DNA of 64,000 bases from the human T2T-CHM13v2.0 reference genome, Homo sapiens. Of this stretch, positions 26,101 to 38,505 are shown piece after piece; position 1 is the first letter of the stretch; each line of letters opens with the position of its first letter. Under the pieces are notes generated by a model that was given only the letters and a program-made list of their open reading frames with translations, ran no database searches and had not been told where the DNA came from. The translations under genes and the position numbers were made by a program. The stretch lies in the NCBI RefSeq assembly GCF_009914755.1, contig NC_060928.1; one strand, written 5' to 3'.

Positions 26101-28529
26101 AAGCTTTTTGAAAAGGCTTTAAATGTCATTAATGTTTTCCCAAATTTCAATTGAACTTGTTGCCTTGGTTTTCGACTTATTGAGGAGAAAAGTTAATCAT
26201 ATTCTCTTTTGTATTATAGGAGAAATATATAAATGCCTTGAAAGCAACCTCAATCCCATTTATATTAGATCTCTGCCAGAAGGAAACTCTTTCAAAAATA
26301 GACAGAAGTTTTTCTCCAAGACAGAAAGCATGTTTACTTGAACTCATTTATTGGTCTTTCACTAGCACCTGGGATGCCCATGAAACAAGTCAGAGTTGAT
26401 GAAGACCAGGGGCTCAGATAATCACAGGGGAGAGAGAGAGAGAGAAAGAGCTTCTCCCTTTAGGTGATTGTCAGTAAAAGTCCTTGTGGCTCCTTGCACC
26501 TTCCCCATTTCCTCATTTCCCCAGTTGAATTAAATCTAACCTTTCCTCAGACTCTTCATTAAGTCTAGGCTTAGGCTGGAGGAACGAAGAGGCTCACTTT
26601 AGTCAAGAACTCCACATTCTCGGTTGGTTCTCCTGTGATGGTAATACTGCCTTTCACTAGTAGTTAGGTCCTGCTTCCGTCCAATAAGACCAGGTTCCTA
26701 CCTGTTAATCTGATTCCATGATTCCAAACTTAACTTTGTGTCTGCTATTGAATCCCAGTATCCCTGATGAACTTCTTAAAATCAACAAACTCCCAAGTGG
26801 ACCTCAAAAAACTGTTACTCCTGCCCTTATTTAAGAATACTAATAATAAAACATTGAGGCAAAGCTTTTTGCTATTCATACCTGTAGGCTATAGACCACC
26901 CATTCTTTCTGAAAGAAGACCTGCATTCACATCCATACTTCTGCATCATATTTTTCCCTTAAGCAACCAACACATACCTTTACCTTATGTCCTAAAACAC
27001 GGCCTTTATACGAAAGCTCAAATCGGCCTTGACTCTTGACTTTGAATTTTTTTGTGTAGTAGACCTTTATGCCAACTAACTTGTATATAACTGTCACCAG
27101 ATCAACTGACGTATTATGCTTGTTCAAGTGAGATATATTGATCATTTTTTTAATTGGATGGCTACTAGTGACTTGAATAATGGGTATTTCTGGAAATACA
27201 AATAGTAGATGCACAGCATGCAGGTAAGTTAAGTATCAGCTTTACCTAGGAATCAGCGGGTATTCTTGATGACTAAGTACCCACATTTACTTTCTTGTAG
27301 TTCAGCATCTCTCTAATTACAATTATATTTTATGTCCATCTTCTCAGAATTCTTGGAAAACAACACTGTATATAAATTAGTATAAGCAGGTGGGCTACTA
27401 ACATTTTCTTGCAGTTTAAAATACTGTGATCGAAGTGTGCAACCAGTGTTTCTTTCCAAATGACCTGAAGTCAGCTGACCCAATACAAAGGTTTGGAAAT
27501 AAAATTAGACTTAATATATTATACCCCATGGGTAACCAGCTTGAAACTAAGTAAACATATATACATATTAGTCATTTTGACAAAATACCTCATAATTAAT
27601 TATAAGAATATATTTAAAACTAAGTAAAATTTGGACAACATTGTAGCTTCTCCCGTAATGATTTGATTTTTTTGCAAGCAGATGCTTGACTGTTACATGC
27701 AAAACGGACATGATATTGACTTTGTTTTCTTGTTATTTACACATTGTGAGCTTCAGGTTGTCAACATTGTGACACTGACAAGGGAAATTATATCTCACTA
27801 ATGTTTACCAGTCACTACACATGTCAAAGACTTCAACTTTTTATAAAGCAAGGATTAGATTTACCAGCCTACACTCTTTTCTTGCTATATGCAATTCTTT
27901 TAAAATAACTTTTAGTCTTATAGTTCTTTGAATTTGAAAAATATTTCCCTGTGTGTAAGTTTCATGTTCCAATAAATATTGTCAATATATCATATAATTT
28001 TATTTAGCTAATTCATTCATGAATACTAAAAAAAAAAATAAATCTTCAGGCCTTTCAAGACTTAACTTGTTTTCTTATTCTCACTCTCTTAATGCCAATG
28101 GGGAAAAACATTCATTTTTGTAAGTAAAGAGATATGAAGAATATTGGATGTGTAACCATATTGTAGTTGGCTTATGTTAAAAGTATTTTTTTCTTTATTT
28201 CTTCTAAAAAAACAAAACAAAACAAAACAGGATATATGTACAGAACGTGCAGGCTTATTACATAGGTATACATGTGCCATGGTGGTTTGCTGCACCTATT
28301 GACACGTTCTTTAATTTCCCTCGCCTCACCCCCAACCCCCCAACAAGCCCTGGTGTGTGTTGTTCCCCTTTATGTGACCATGTGTTCTCAATGTTCAACT
28401 CCCACTTATGAGTGAAAACATGCGGTGTTTGGTTTTCTGTTCCTATGTTAGTTTGCTGAGGATGATGGCTTCCAGCTTCATCCATGTTCCTGCAAAGGAC
28501 ATGATCTCATTCCTTTTCATGGCTGCATA

Positions 28530-31500
28530 GTATTACATGGTGTATACTATGGGTGTACCACATTTTCTTTATCTAGCCTATCATTGATAGGCATTTGGGT
28601 TGGTTCCATGTCTTTGCTATTGCAAATAGTGCTATAATAAACATACGTGTGCATGTGTCTTTATAGTAGGATGATTTATATTCCTTTGGGTATATACCCA
28701 GTAAGGGGATTGCTAGGTCAAATGGTATTTCTGGTTCTAAATCCTTGAGGAATCGCCATACTGCCTTCCACAATGGTTGAACTAATTTACATCCCCACCA
28801 ACAGTGTAAAAGCATTCCTATTTCTTCACAGCCTCACCAGCATCTATTATTTCCTGACTTTTTAATAATCACCATTCTGACTGGCGTGAGATGGTATCTC
28901 ATTGTGGTTTTGATTTGCACTTCTCTGATGATCAGTGATGTTGAGTTTTTCTCATGTTTGTTGACCATGTAAATGTCTTCTTTTGAGAAGTGTCTCTTCA
29001 TATCCTTTACCCCCTTCTTGATGGGGTTGTTTTCTTCTTGTAAATATGTTTAAGTTCCTTGTAAATTCTGGTTATTAGACCTTTGTCAGACGGGTAGATT
29101 GCAAAAATTTTCTCCCATTCTGTAGGTTGCCTATTCACTCTGATGACAGATTCTTTTGCTGTGCTGAAGCTCTTTAGTTTAATTAAATCCCATTTGCTAA
29201 TTTTGGCTTTTGTTGCAATTGCTTTTGGCATTTTTGTCATGAAGTCTTTGCCCATGCCTATGTCCTGAATGGTATTGCCTAGGTTTTCTTCTAGGATATT
29301 TATGGTTTTGGGTTTTACATTTAAGTCTTTAATTCAGCTTGTGTTAATTTTTGTATAAGATGTAAGGAAGGGGTCCGGTTTCAGTTTTCTGCATAGGGCT
29401 AGCCAGTTTTCCCAGCACCATTTACTGAATGGGAGATCCTTTCTCCATTGCTTGTTTTTGTCAGGTTTGTCAAAGATCAGATGGTTGTAGATGTGTGGTG
29501 TTATTTCTGAGGTCTCTGTTCTGCTCCTTTCATCTATATGTCTGTTTTGGTACCAGTACCATACTGTTTTGGCTACTGTAGACTTGTAGTATAGTTTGAA
29601 GTCAGGTAGCGTGATGTCTCCAGCTTTTCTCTTTTTGCTTAGGATTGTCTTGGCTATACAGGTTCTTCTTTGATTCCATATGAAATTTAAAATAGTTTTT
29701 TCTAATTCTGTGAAGAATGTCAATGGTAGTTTGATGGGAATAGCATTGAATCTATAAATTACTTCGGGCAGTATGGCCATTTTCATGATATTGATTCTTC
29801 CTATCCCTGAGGATGGAATGTTTTTCCATATATTTGTTTCCTCTCTGACTTCCTTGAGCAGTGGTTTGTAGTTCTCCTTGAAGAGGTCCCTCACATCCCT
29901 TGTTACCTGTATTCCTAGGTGTTTTACTCTCTTTGTAGTAAATGTGAATGGGAGTTCATTCCTGATTTGGCTCTCTGCTTGCCTATTGGTGGTGTAAAGG
30001 AATGCTTCTGATTTCTGCACATTGATTTTGTATCCGGAGACTTTGCTGAAGTTGCTTATCAGTTCAAGTTTTTGGGCTGAGACAATGGGGTTTTCTAAAC
30101 ATAAAATCATGTAGCCTGCCAGCAGAGACAACTTGACTTCCTCTTTTCCTATTTGAATATCCTTTATTTCTTCTCTTGCCTGATTGCCCTGGCCAGTACT
30201 TCCAAGACTATGTTGAGTAGGAGTGGTGACAGAGGGCATCCTTGTCTTGTACCGGTTTTCAAAGGGAATGCTTCCAGCTTTTTCCCATTCAATATAATAT
30301 TGGCTGTGAGTTTGTCATAAATAGCTTTTATTATTTTAAGATATGTCCCACCAATAACTGTTTATTGACTCCCTCCTTTTCAGTTTTTTGGAACAGTTTC
30401 ACAAGAAGTGGTACCAGCTCCTTTTTGTATTTTCTGGTGGAATTCAGCTGTGAATCTGTCTGGTCCTGGGCTTTTTTGGTTGGTAGGTGATTAATTACGG
30501 CCTCAGTTTCAGAGCTTGTTATTGGCCTCTTCAGAGATTCACCTTCTTGCAGGCTTAGTCTTGGTAGGTTGTATGCATCCAAGAATTTATACATTTCTTC
30601 TAGATTTTCTAGTTTCTTTGCCTAGAGGTGTTTTTAGTATTCTCTGATGGTAGTTTGTATTTCTGTGGCATCAGTGGTGATATCCCCTTTATCATTTCTT
30701 ATTATGTCTATTTGATTCTTCTCTCTTTTCTTCTTTATTAGTCTAGCTAGCAAGCTACATGTTTTGTTAATTTTTTCAAAAAAAAACAGCTCCTGGATGC
30801 ATTGATTTTTTGAAGGTTTTTTTCGTGTTTCTATCTCTTTCAATTCTTCTTTGATCTTAGTTATCGTATCTTCTGCTAGCTTTTGGATTAGTTTACTCTT
30901 GCCTCTCTGGCTCTTTTAATTGTGATGTTACAGTGTCAATTTGAGATTCTTCTAGCTTTCTTCTGTGGGCATTTAGTACTATAAGTTTCTGTCTTAATAC
31001 TGCTTTAGCTGTGTCCCAGAGATTCTAGTACGTTGTCTCTTTGTTCTCATTGGTTTCAAAGAACTTCTTGATGTCTGCCTTAATTTCATCATTTACCCAG
31101 GAGTCATTCAGGAGCAGGTTGTTCAATTTCCATGAAATTGTGTGGTTTTGAGTGAGTTTCTTAATCCTGAGTTCTAATTTGATTGCACTGTGGTTTGGGA
31201 GACTCTTTGTTATGATTTCAGTTCTTCTGCATTTACTGAGGAGTGTTTACTTTCAATTATGTGGTTGATTTTAGAATAAGTGCCATATGACACTGAGAAG
31301 AATGTATATTCTGTTGATTTGGGGTAGAGAGTTCTGTAGACGTCTACTAGGTCCACTTGATACAGAGCTAAGTTCAAGTCCTGAATATCCTTGTTAATTT
31401 TTTGTCTCGCTGATCTAATACTGACAGTGGGGTGTTAAAGTCTCCCACTATTATTATGTGGGAGTCTAAGTCTCTTTGTAGGTCTCTAAGAACCTGTTTT

Positions 31501-31790
31501 ATGAATCTGGGTGCTCCTGTATTGGGTGCATATATATTTAGGATAGTTAGCTCTTCTTGTTTCATTGATCCCTTTACCATTACATAATGTCTTTCTTTGT
31601 CTTTTTTGATCTTTGTTGGTTTAAAGTCTGTTTTTTCAGGGACTAGGATTGCAACCCCTGCTTTATTTTGTTTTCCATTTGCTTGGTAAATTTTCCTCCA
31701 TCCCTTTATGTTGAGCCTATGTGTGTCTTTGCATGTAAGAGGGGTCTCCTAGATACAGCGCACCAATGGGTCTTGACATCTTATCCAATT
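28530..31790 (-). pseudogene. Disrupted L1 ORF2 (endonuclease/reverse transcriptase)
   Basis: ORF-track fragments 'ILNIYAPNTGAPRFIKQVL' (endonuclease) and the 301-aa piece at 29334-30239. The catalytic LFADDM reads LLAGYM. Multiple frameshifts. Confidence 0.9.
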
Positions 31791-31899
31791 TGCCAGTCTG
31801 TGTCTTTTAATTGGGGCATTTAGCCCATTTACATTTAAGGTTAGTATTGTTATTTGTGAATTTGATCCTGTCATCGTGACGCTATTTGGTTATTTTGCA

Positions 31900-32900
31900 C
31901 ACTAGTTGATACAGTTTCTTTGTAGTGTCATTGGTCTTTATATTTTGGTGTGTTTTTGCAGTGGCTGCTACTGGTTTTTCCTTTCCATATTTAATGCTTC
32001 TTTCAGGAGCTCTTGCAGGCCAGACCTGGTGGTAACAAAATCCCCCAGCATTTGCCTGTCTGGAGAGGTTTTATTTCTCCTTTGCTTATGAAGCTTAGTT
32101 TGGCTGGATATGAAATTCTGGGTTAAAAATTCTTTTCTTTAAGAATGTTGAATATTGGCCCCCAATCTCTTCTGGCTTGTAGAGTTTCTGCTGAGAGGTC
32201 TGCTGTTAGTCTGATGGGCTTCCCTTTGTAAGTGACCTGGCCTTTCTCTCTGGCTGCCCTTAACAGTTTTTCCTTCATTTCAACCTTGGAGAATTTGATG
32301 ATTATGTGTCTTGGGGTTGATCTTCTCGTGGAGTATCTTAATGGAGTCCTCTGTTTTCCTGAATTTGCAAAATTTCCTGAATTTTCCTGTCTTGCTAGGC
32401 TGGCGAAGTTCTCCTGGATAATATCCTATAGTGTGTTTTTCCAGCTTGTTTCCATTCTCCCCATCTCCTTCTGGTACTCCAATCAATCGTAGGTTCGATC
32501 TTTTTATGAAGTCCCATATTTCTTGGAGGCTTTGCTCATTCCTTGTCTTTCTTTTTTCTCTATTCTTGTCTGCATGTCTTATTTCAGGAAGCTGGTCTTC
32601 AAACTCTGATATCCTTTCTTCTGCTTGGTCTATTCGACTGTTGATACTTGTGTATGCTTCCTGAAATTCTCGTGCTATGTTTTTCAGCTCCATCAAGTTG
32701 TTTATGTTCCTCTCATTCTAGCTAGCCATTCCTCTGACCTTTTATCAAGGTTCTTAGCTTCTTTGTATTGGGTTGAACATGCTCCTTTAACTCATCATAG
32801 TTTTTTATTACCCATCTTCTGAAGCCTACTTCTGTCAATTTGTCCATCTGATCCTCCAGTTCTGCGCCCTTGATGGAGAGATGTTGCGATCATTTGGAGG
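31900..32900 (-). pseudogene. Disrupted L1 ORF1
   Basis: 'SINSRIDQAEERISEFEDQ...RNEQSLQEIWDFIKRSNLRLIGVPEGDGENG' is ORF1p sequence. Confidence 0.88.
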
Positions 32901-35019
32901 AGAAGGGGCACTCTGGCCTTTTGGGTTTTCAGCATTTTTTCATTAATTCTTTCTCATCTTTGTGAGTTTGTCTAGTTTCGGCCTTTGAGGCTGCTGACCC
33001 TTGGATGGTGTTTTTGTGGGGACTTTTTGTTTTTGTTGTTGATGATGCTATTGTTACTGCTTTCTGCTTGTTTGTTTTTCTTTCAATAGTCAGGTCCCTC
33101 TTCTTTAGGGCTGCTGCAGTTTGCTGGGGGTTCACTTCAGGCCCTATCCATCTGATTTGCTCCTGTGCCTGGAGATGTCACTCAAGGAGGCTGGAGAGTA
33201 GCAAAGATGGGTATCTCCTCCTTCTTCTGGGACCTCTGACCTCAAGGGGCACCAACCTGATGCCAGTAGGATTGCTCCTGTATAGGGTGTCTGACAACCC
33301 CTGTTGGAGGGTCTCATCCAGTTGGGTGGCATGGGGAGCAGGACCTGTTTAATGAAGCACTTTGTCCCTTGGTGGAGACAGTGTGTTTCGCTGGAGGGAA
33401 ACCCACTTATCAAGGCTGCCCAGATTCCTCAGAACTACCAGGAGGCTCTCCTGGTATGCAGAGACTGCTGCCACCCCTCCCCCTAGGGCCTCAGGTCCTG
33501 GGACATCCGAATTCTGTCCCTGAGCCTCTGGCTGGAGTTATTGGAGAGCCTGCAGATAAGCCCCACCCACTGAGGAAGGATGGGTCAGGGTTAGACCTGA
33601 AGATGCACTCTGGCCACAGACTGCCACAGCCCGTGCGTTGGGCTGTGGGGACAAGTCTTGGGACCAAGCTGTCCAGCCTCCCTGGCTCCAGCAGGGGAAA
33701 AGCGCAGCCTGGAGCTATAGAAATGGGTGCTGCCCTTCCCCTGCCCAAGGAGCTTAGGTGTTTGGAGTCCCAGTGCTGGCTACTGCCCCCTCCTCCAAGG
33801 AGCTTAAATGGCTTAGACCCCAGGCAGCCACAGCTGGTGCTGGTTGCCCCTCCCCCTGGGAGTTCGGTTGGCTTAACCAGATTCCAGCTGAGAGGCTGTA
33901 AAAATCTGCACATTCTGGGGTTGGGATGCTAGGCCCCGGTGGCCTGGGTTCGCGAGTAGGATCTTCCTATCCGTGGATTACACAGTTCCGTGGAAAAAGC
34001 AGTTTCCCCAGCTGCGTAGAGTGCCCACTCACCGCCTCCCTTGGCTGGGGGGGAGGGGGTTCCCCTTTCCCATGTGGCTCTCAGGTGGGCCGCCACACCA
34101 CACTGCTCTTCCTTCTCTCCGTGGGTCCTGCCAGCTTTCTAGTCAGTTCTGATGAGTGAACCCGGATATTTGGTTGCCAGTGAAATATTCACACACTTAT
34201 TATGGCTTTTTTCCATGAGAGCCTCCTAATGCTGTTGCTTCTAGTCGGCCATCTTGGCCCCGCCCCCCAAAAATATTTTAGTCTTGATAAAATACAGCTA
34301 TTTATACAAGTATAATGAAGCATTACTTTGTTCTTCTCTTCAGTTTAGGACTAGTAAATTGAATTTTATTCTGAAAAAGAAAACAGTCACATTAAGCTTA
34401 ACAGGCCATCTGCATGCATACATATATACATTTGTACATACAAGTCTCTACATGAAAACATATTAAAAACTGACAATTGGAAACAGATATGTGATTCAGA
34501 GAAACTGTCAGAATACATTTGAATAATATTTTTTATTTTCATATATATTACATATATAATTATACATATTCCAATATATACAGAAATTTGATTTACAAAT
34601 AAATAATTATAATAGATGTGCTATAAAAAGTGCTGTGAGTTAAAATAATTCTGATTTTTCAAAGAAAAAATGGGATTCGTATGGATTATGTTCCTGAGTA
34701 AAGTCCTGACATCCAATTCTATTTTGAAATGTTCTCTCCCTTATTTTCTGATACCTTTAGTGGAATAAATAATATTGTGTTTTATACAGCAAGGTATTAT
34801 GCTTTATAAAATTAATACCTTTTTATAATTCCTATTTTATTTTTAGTGAAAAATATTAGAAGGTTAAAAACAACAATAAAACCTTAAAAGTTTCCTTAGC
34901 AAGGTCCTATATGTCATGCTAAGAAGTTGAGTCTTCATCACAGAAGTCATTAAATCCAAGGAACAAGTTTAGAGTTCATGTGAACTGTTAGATGCATTCT
35001 ACACCATCAGCAGTTACCT

Positions 35020-36500
35020 GGCTCCACCACTCCTTCTCTGGGCTTCTGTGACATCATTCTCTTCAATTTCCCTCTAGCTTCTCAGTTGCATCTTCTCCAG
35101 CTGCTTTGCAGAAACTATCCTCTGTATTCAGTCAACATGCTAGATTAAATGTCTGCAGTCTCCCAAGAAAATTCCATCCATGCCAGTGGCTACAGTTACT
35201 AACTATACTTGGATGACTCTCAAATGCGTATCTCCAGCCCTGACCTTTTCTTGGAAGTCCAGCTCCATGTATTCTACTGCACACTTGAAAGTGTCCACTC
35301 ATATTTCTCTAAAGCCCAAAACTGAACTCATTATATTTCTACTTCAAACCCTGATGCCCCTGCAATTTTCCCTACCTTACTGATGGACACCATCATACTC
35401 ACAGTTGCACATCCCAGACATTGAGAGTCATTCTTTACACCCCTGTCTCTTTCATTTCCCATATCCAGATCCACTTGATTTTACTTCCTATTTATTTCTT
35501 ATATTCATTCATTTCTCTCTGTATCTCACCACAACTCTGATCACCAAAATTTCCTAACTGGATTCCCCACATCCAATTTTGCTTCACTCCAGTCCATCAT
35601 CTGAGCTGTAGCAAATTATAGTCTGATACTCCCATGCCTACACTTCTTGATGACTCTCCATGTGCTTTAGAAAAAAGGCCAAGATTCTTAATGTAGCATA
35701 CAATAGTCTGTAGAATCCAGTCCCTGCCCACCTCGGCAGCTTCATTTCAAGCTAATTTTCCACTGGCTCCTGCCTTCCAATTACTGCTGCATTGCATTTT
35801 CCAAAAAGGGTCGAATACTATTTCCAAACCCATGCTCTTTCAGAATCTGGCTACCCTCCATCAAGAGGTGGAGTCTATTCAGCTTTCCTTTGAGCCTGGG
35901 CAGGATCATGACTGCTGCAAACAATAGATTAAGGCAGAGGTGATGCTGCGTGACTTTCAAGGATAGGTCATATTTAAAAATATATAGATTCCCCTCTAGC
36001 CCCTTGTTTGCGGACACCTATTTGGAGAAATAAACCAGTGTGTTATGGGGAATCACAGACTAAGCCCATTCAAAGAGACTTCATGGAGAGACCTAGATAG
36101 AGAAGAACTGAGGCCCCCAACCGACAGCCGGCATCAACTGCAAACATATGAATGACAAGGTTTCAGATTATTTCAGTCCCCAGCCTTCATGTCAGCCAAT
36201 TAAGGCCCCAGAGATCACAGAACAGAGACAAGCAATCTCCACTGTGTCCTGTCTGAATTATTGGCCCTTAAACTCTGTGAGCATAACAAATGGTTATTTT
36301 GCACCATCAAGTCATGAGGTGATTTGTGATCATCATTAGATAGTTAGAACAATCGCCCTGGCCTTTCTAGTCCAGAACTCACAGAATATTGCCTCCTGCT
36401 TTAGCACTTTTCCTCTCCTGGGCTTCCATACACAAATCTTCACTAATTCCAGGCAGTACTTAATATTTCCTTATCCTTCTGAAATCAGCTCAAATTTCAG
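35020..36500 (+). mobile_element. L2a-like element interrupted by MLT1G
   Basis: 'gatgactctcaaatgcgtatctccagccctgacc', 'cccaaaactgaactcatta'. Resumes after 36351. Confidence 0.8.
35785..36351 (+). mobile_element. MaLR solo LTR, MLT1G-like
   Basis: 'ccatcaagaggtggagtctatt...gcagaggtgatgctgcgtgacttt...gaactgaggcccccaaccgacagccggcatcaactgc...agatagttagaaca'. Confidence 0.8.
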
Positions 36501-37100
36501 CAAATAGCAATATAATTATGGAATGTAGGAATATTACATTACTAGAAGACCACGCATCCTGAACCAAAGGGATGGACGTAAAGAACGCCGGAATTGTCTG
36601 ACCTGCCATGGATACCAGGCATGGCCTCAAAGCATCCTAGAAGCTAAAGCTTTCACTAAAGTCTGGAGAAACAAGAGAGAAAGAAACTCACATTTTATGG
36701 ACCATACCCTGCAACATGTGGTGGATAACACTTTTTGGATCATTTTAAAGTTTTCTTTAGCAATTTCTTACCTCCTGAGAAACATTCTTGCTCCCTTCGG
36801 GTCAATGTCAGAATAACCACAACCAAAACTGCTGCAGCTCTGGGTCTCTCACCATAGTCTGGGGTGGATTGTCACAAGGATCATGAAATTTGGAGGAACT
36901 TCATTAGATGAAGGGAATATTGGGAATAACTGTAAGGAAATACAGAAGCACTTCAGTAATGTTTTTCATGACAGGCCTAAAAATATCTGTTTTATTTGAA
37001 TCTTTTCTTTTTGTAAATTTTCCTGTAGCAAGCATCCATCTTTTTTTTTAGAGCCCGTTTCACCTTGCACTTTCATGGTATTTTAGTCACCTCAGCCTCT

Positions 37101-37106
37101 CAAAAC

Positions 37107-37137
<31 letters not shown>

Positions 37138-37146
37138 ACGAAAAAC
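37101..37146. repeat. (CAAAA)n/(CAAAAA)n simple repeat
   Basis: Seen directly. Confidence 0.9.
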
Positions 37147-37919
37147 CCCTGCCATCAATTTACTTGTCCATTATATCACAATTCTCCACTTTTCCCCTTG
37201 AATGAATGGCGAGCATTCAAAGAAACAAATGGGTGTGTTTAATTCCGAAACTGCATCCCAAGTCTTCCAATCTCAGTCTTGAGCCCAAGACTTTGGCTTA
37301 TACCAGGCTGCTGCTGCCACTGAAATGAAGTTTTGGAGTTTTTTCCTGTGTTTTTCAAAATAATGTGTAAGGATTAAATTTATGACTACACTAACACTGG
37401 CGTGTTTTTCCTAGCAGATGCAGTAAAGCTTAGAACAATCAAATAAGTGTCCTTTTCCAAATGAGTTTCCTTGGGAGGCCCTTGCCTTATGAATTTATGT
37501 TACCTTTGTTCAATGCACATTGCAACTGCCATCAGAGAAGAGCTTCCAGTGACAGAAGAATATCAGTACCATTACTTTAGAACCACTGAACACTTGTCCT
37601 GATTCCAAAATGTTTTTCTTTCCTACACTTGTCCCTTGTTCCCTGAGCACCGCTTACTAATCCAGGCCTCCCTTTCTCCTCTGATGGTAAAGTCAACAAA
37701 TCAAGGACTTCTAGGGACCAGCCTGGAACTGAAAGAAACTCCTCTGGGAAGAAAAGCTCTGGGGCTCAGAGAGGGTCTGTGGGATCAGCTTCTCCAAGTG
37801 ACATGGATGTGATTCATGGAACACTCTGAAGCTGACCAGTAGAAGTCAAATTTTGTCTACATTTATATTTTCATTTGAATGAAGGACATAATCTTTCTCT
37901 GTGAGTAAAGTACTCTCTA

Positions 37920-38237
37920 TATAATATATAGAGAACTATAGAACTATAATTATTATGTATAGAATGCTTTATATGCTATATGTAATACTTATATATTATA
38001 AAGTACTACAGTATAATACTTTATATTATATATACATATATCTGTGTGTGTATATACGTATATACACACATATATACGTATATATACGTGTATATACGTA
38101 TATACACATATATACGTATATATACGTGTATATACGTATATACACATATATACGTATATATACATATACACACACATATATACTTATATATATACATATA
38201 TATACGTATATATATGTGTGTGTATATATATATATAA
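37920..38237. repeat. AT-rich tract plus an alternating purine-pyrimidine minisatellite (3 units of 38-40 bp)
   Basis: Unit 'gtgtatatacgtatatacacatatatacgtatatatac' at 38088 and 38126, with a 40-bp variant at 38048. Confidence 0.92.
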
Positions 38238-38339
38238 AGTGTTAAAACTGTTGGTACCCTGAAATTAGTAAAATTGTGAGCTAACGTGCTAACACACTGG
38301 GGAGCTACTTACCATTAGCCTTAGCTCTATTAAATAGAG

Positions 38340-38505
38340 CAAGGTTAGCCTATATATGGTGCCCATTCCTCTACCTATGGTGACGTCACTAATCAATCAC
38401 AAAACTCTTTCCCAAAACACCTAGACTAGACTTCGGAATCCACGCCATAGCCATCTCAGTCAATCAAAGCTGGCTCAAAAAATGAAATTTATTTGCCATT
38501 TCAGA
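38340..38505 (-). mobile_element. MER117-like hAT-Charlie element
   Basis: Reverse complement 'atggcaaataaatttcat...gccagctttgattgactg...gggaaagagttttgtgattgattagtgacgtc' matches my recalled MER117 consensus. Confidence 0.65.

Larger units (their letters stand above)
28190..34268 (-). mobile_element. Full-length inactive L1 (L1PA8A-like) with an internal ORF2 deletion
   Basis: 5' end reads GGGGGGCGGGGCCAAGATGGCCGACTAG on the minus strand (YY1 site), followed by a GC-rich 5'UTR and ORF1/ORF2 remnants. 3' end is 'ttttttctttatttcttctaaaaaa'. Candidate TSD aaaagtatttt (28179-28189) / aaaaatatttt (34269-34279). Confidence 0.93.

Noticed and set aside
26330-26800. Possible ancient LTR fragment
   Set aside because: I could not match termini or diagnostic motifs from memory.
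29334-30239. Longest ORF (301 aa) as a functional gene
   Set aside because: It is an L1 ORF2 fragment with the FADD motif destroyed, surrounded by frameshifts and a deletion.
37955-38262. Tyr/Ile/Thr-rich ORFs
   Set aside because: Artefact of the alternating TA/CA/TG repeat.
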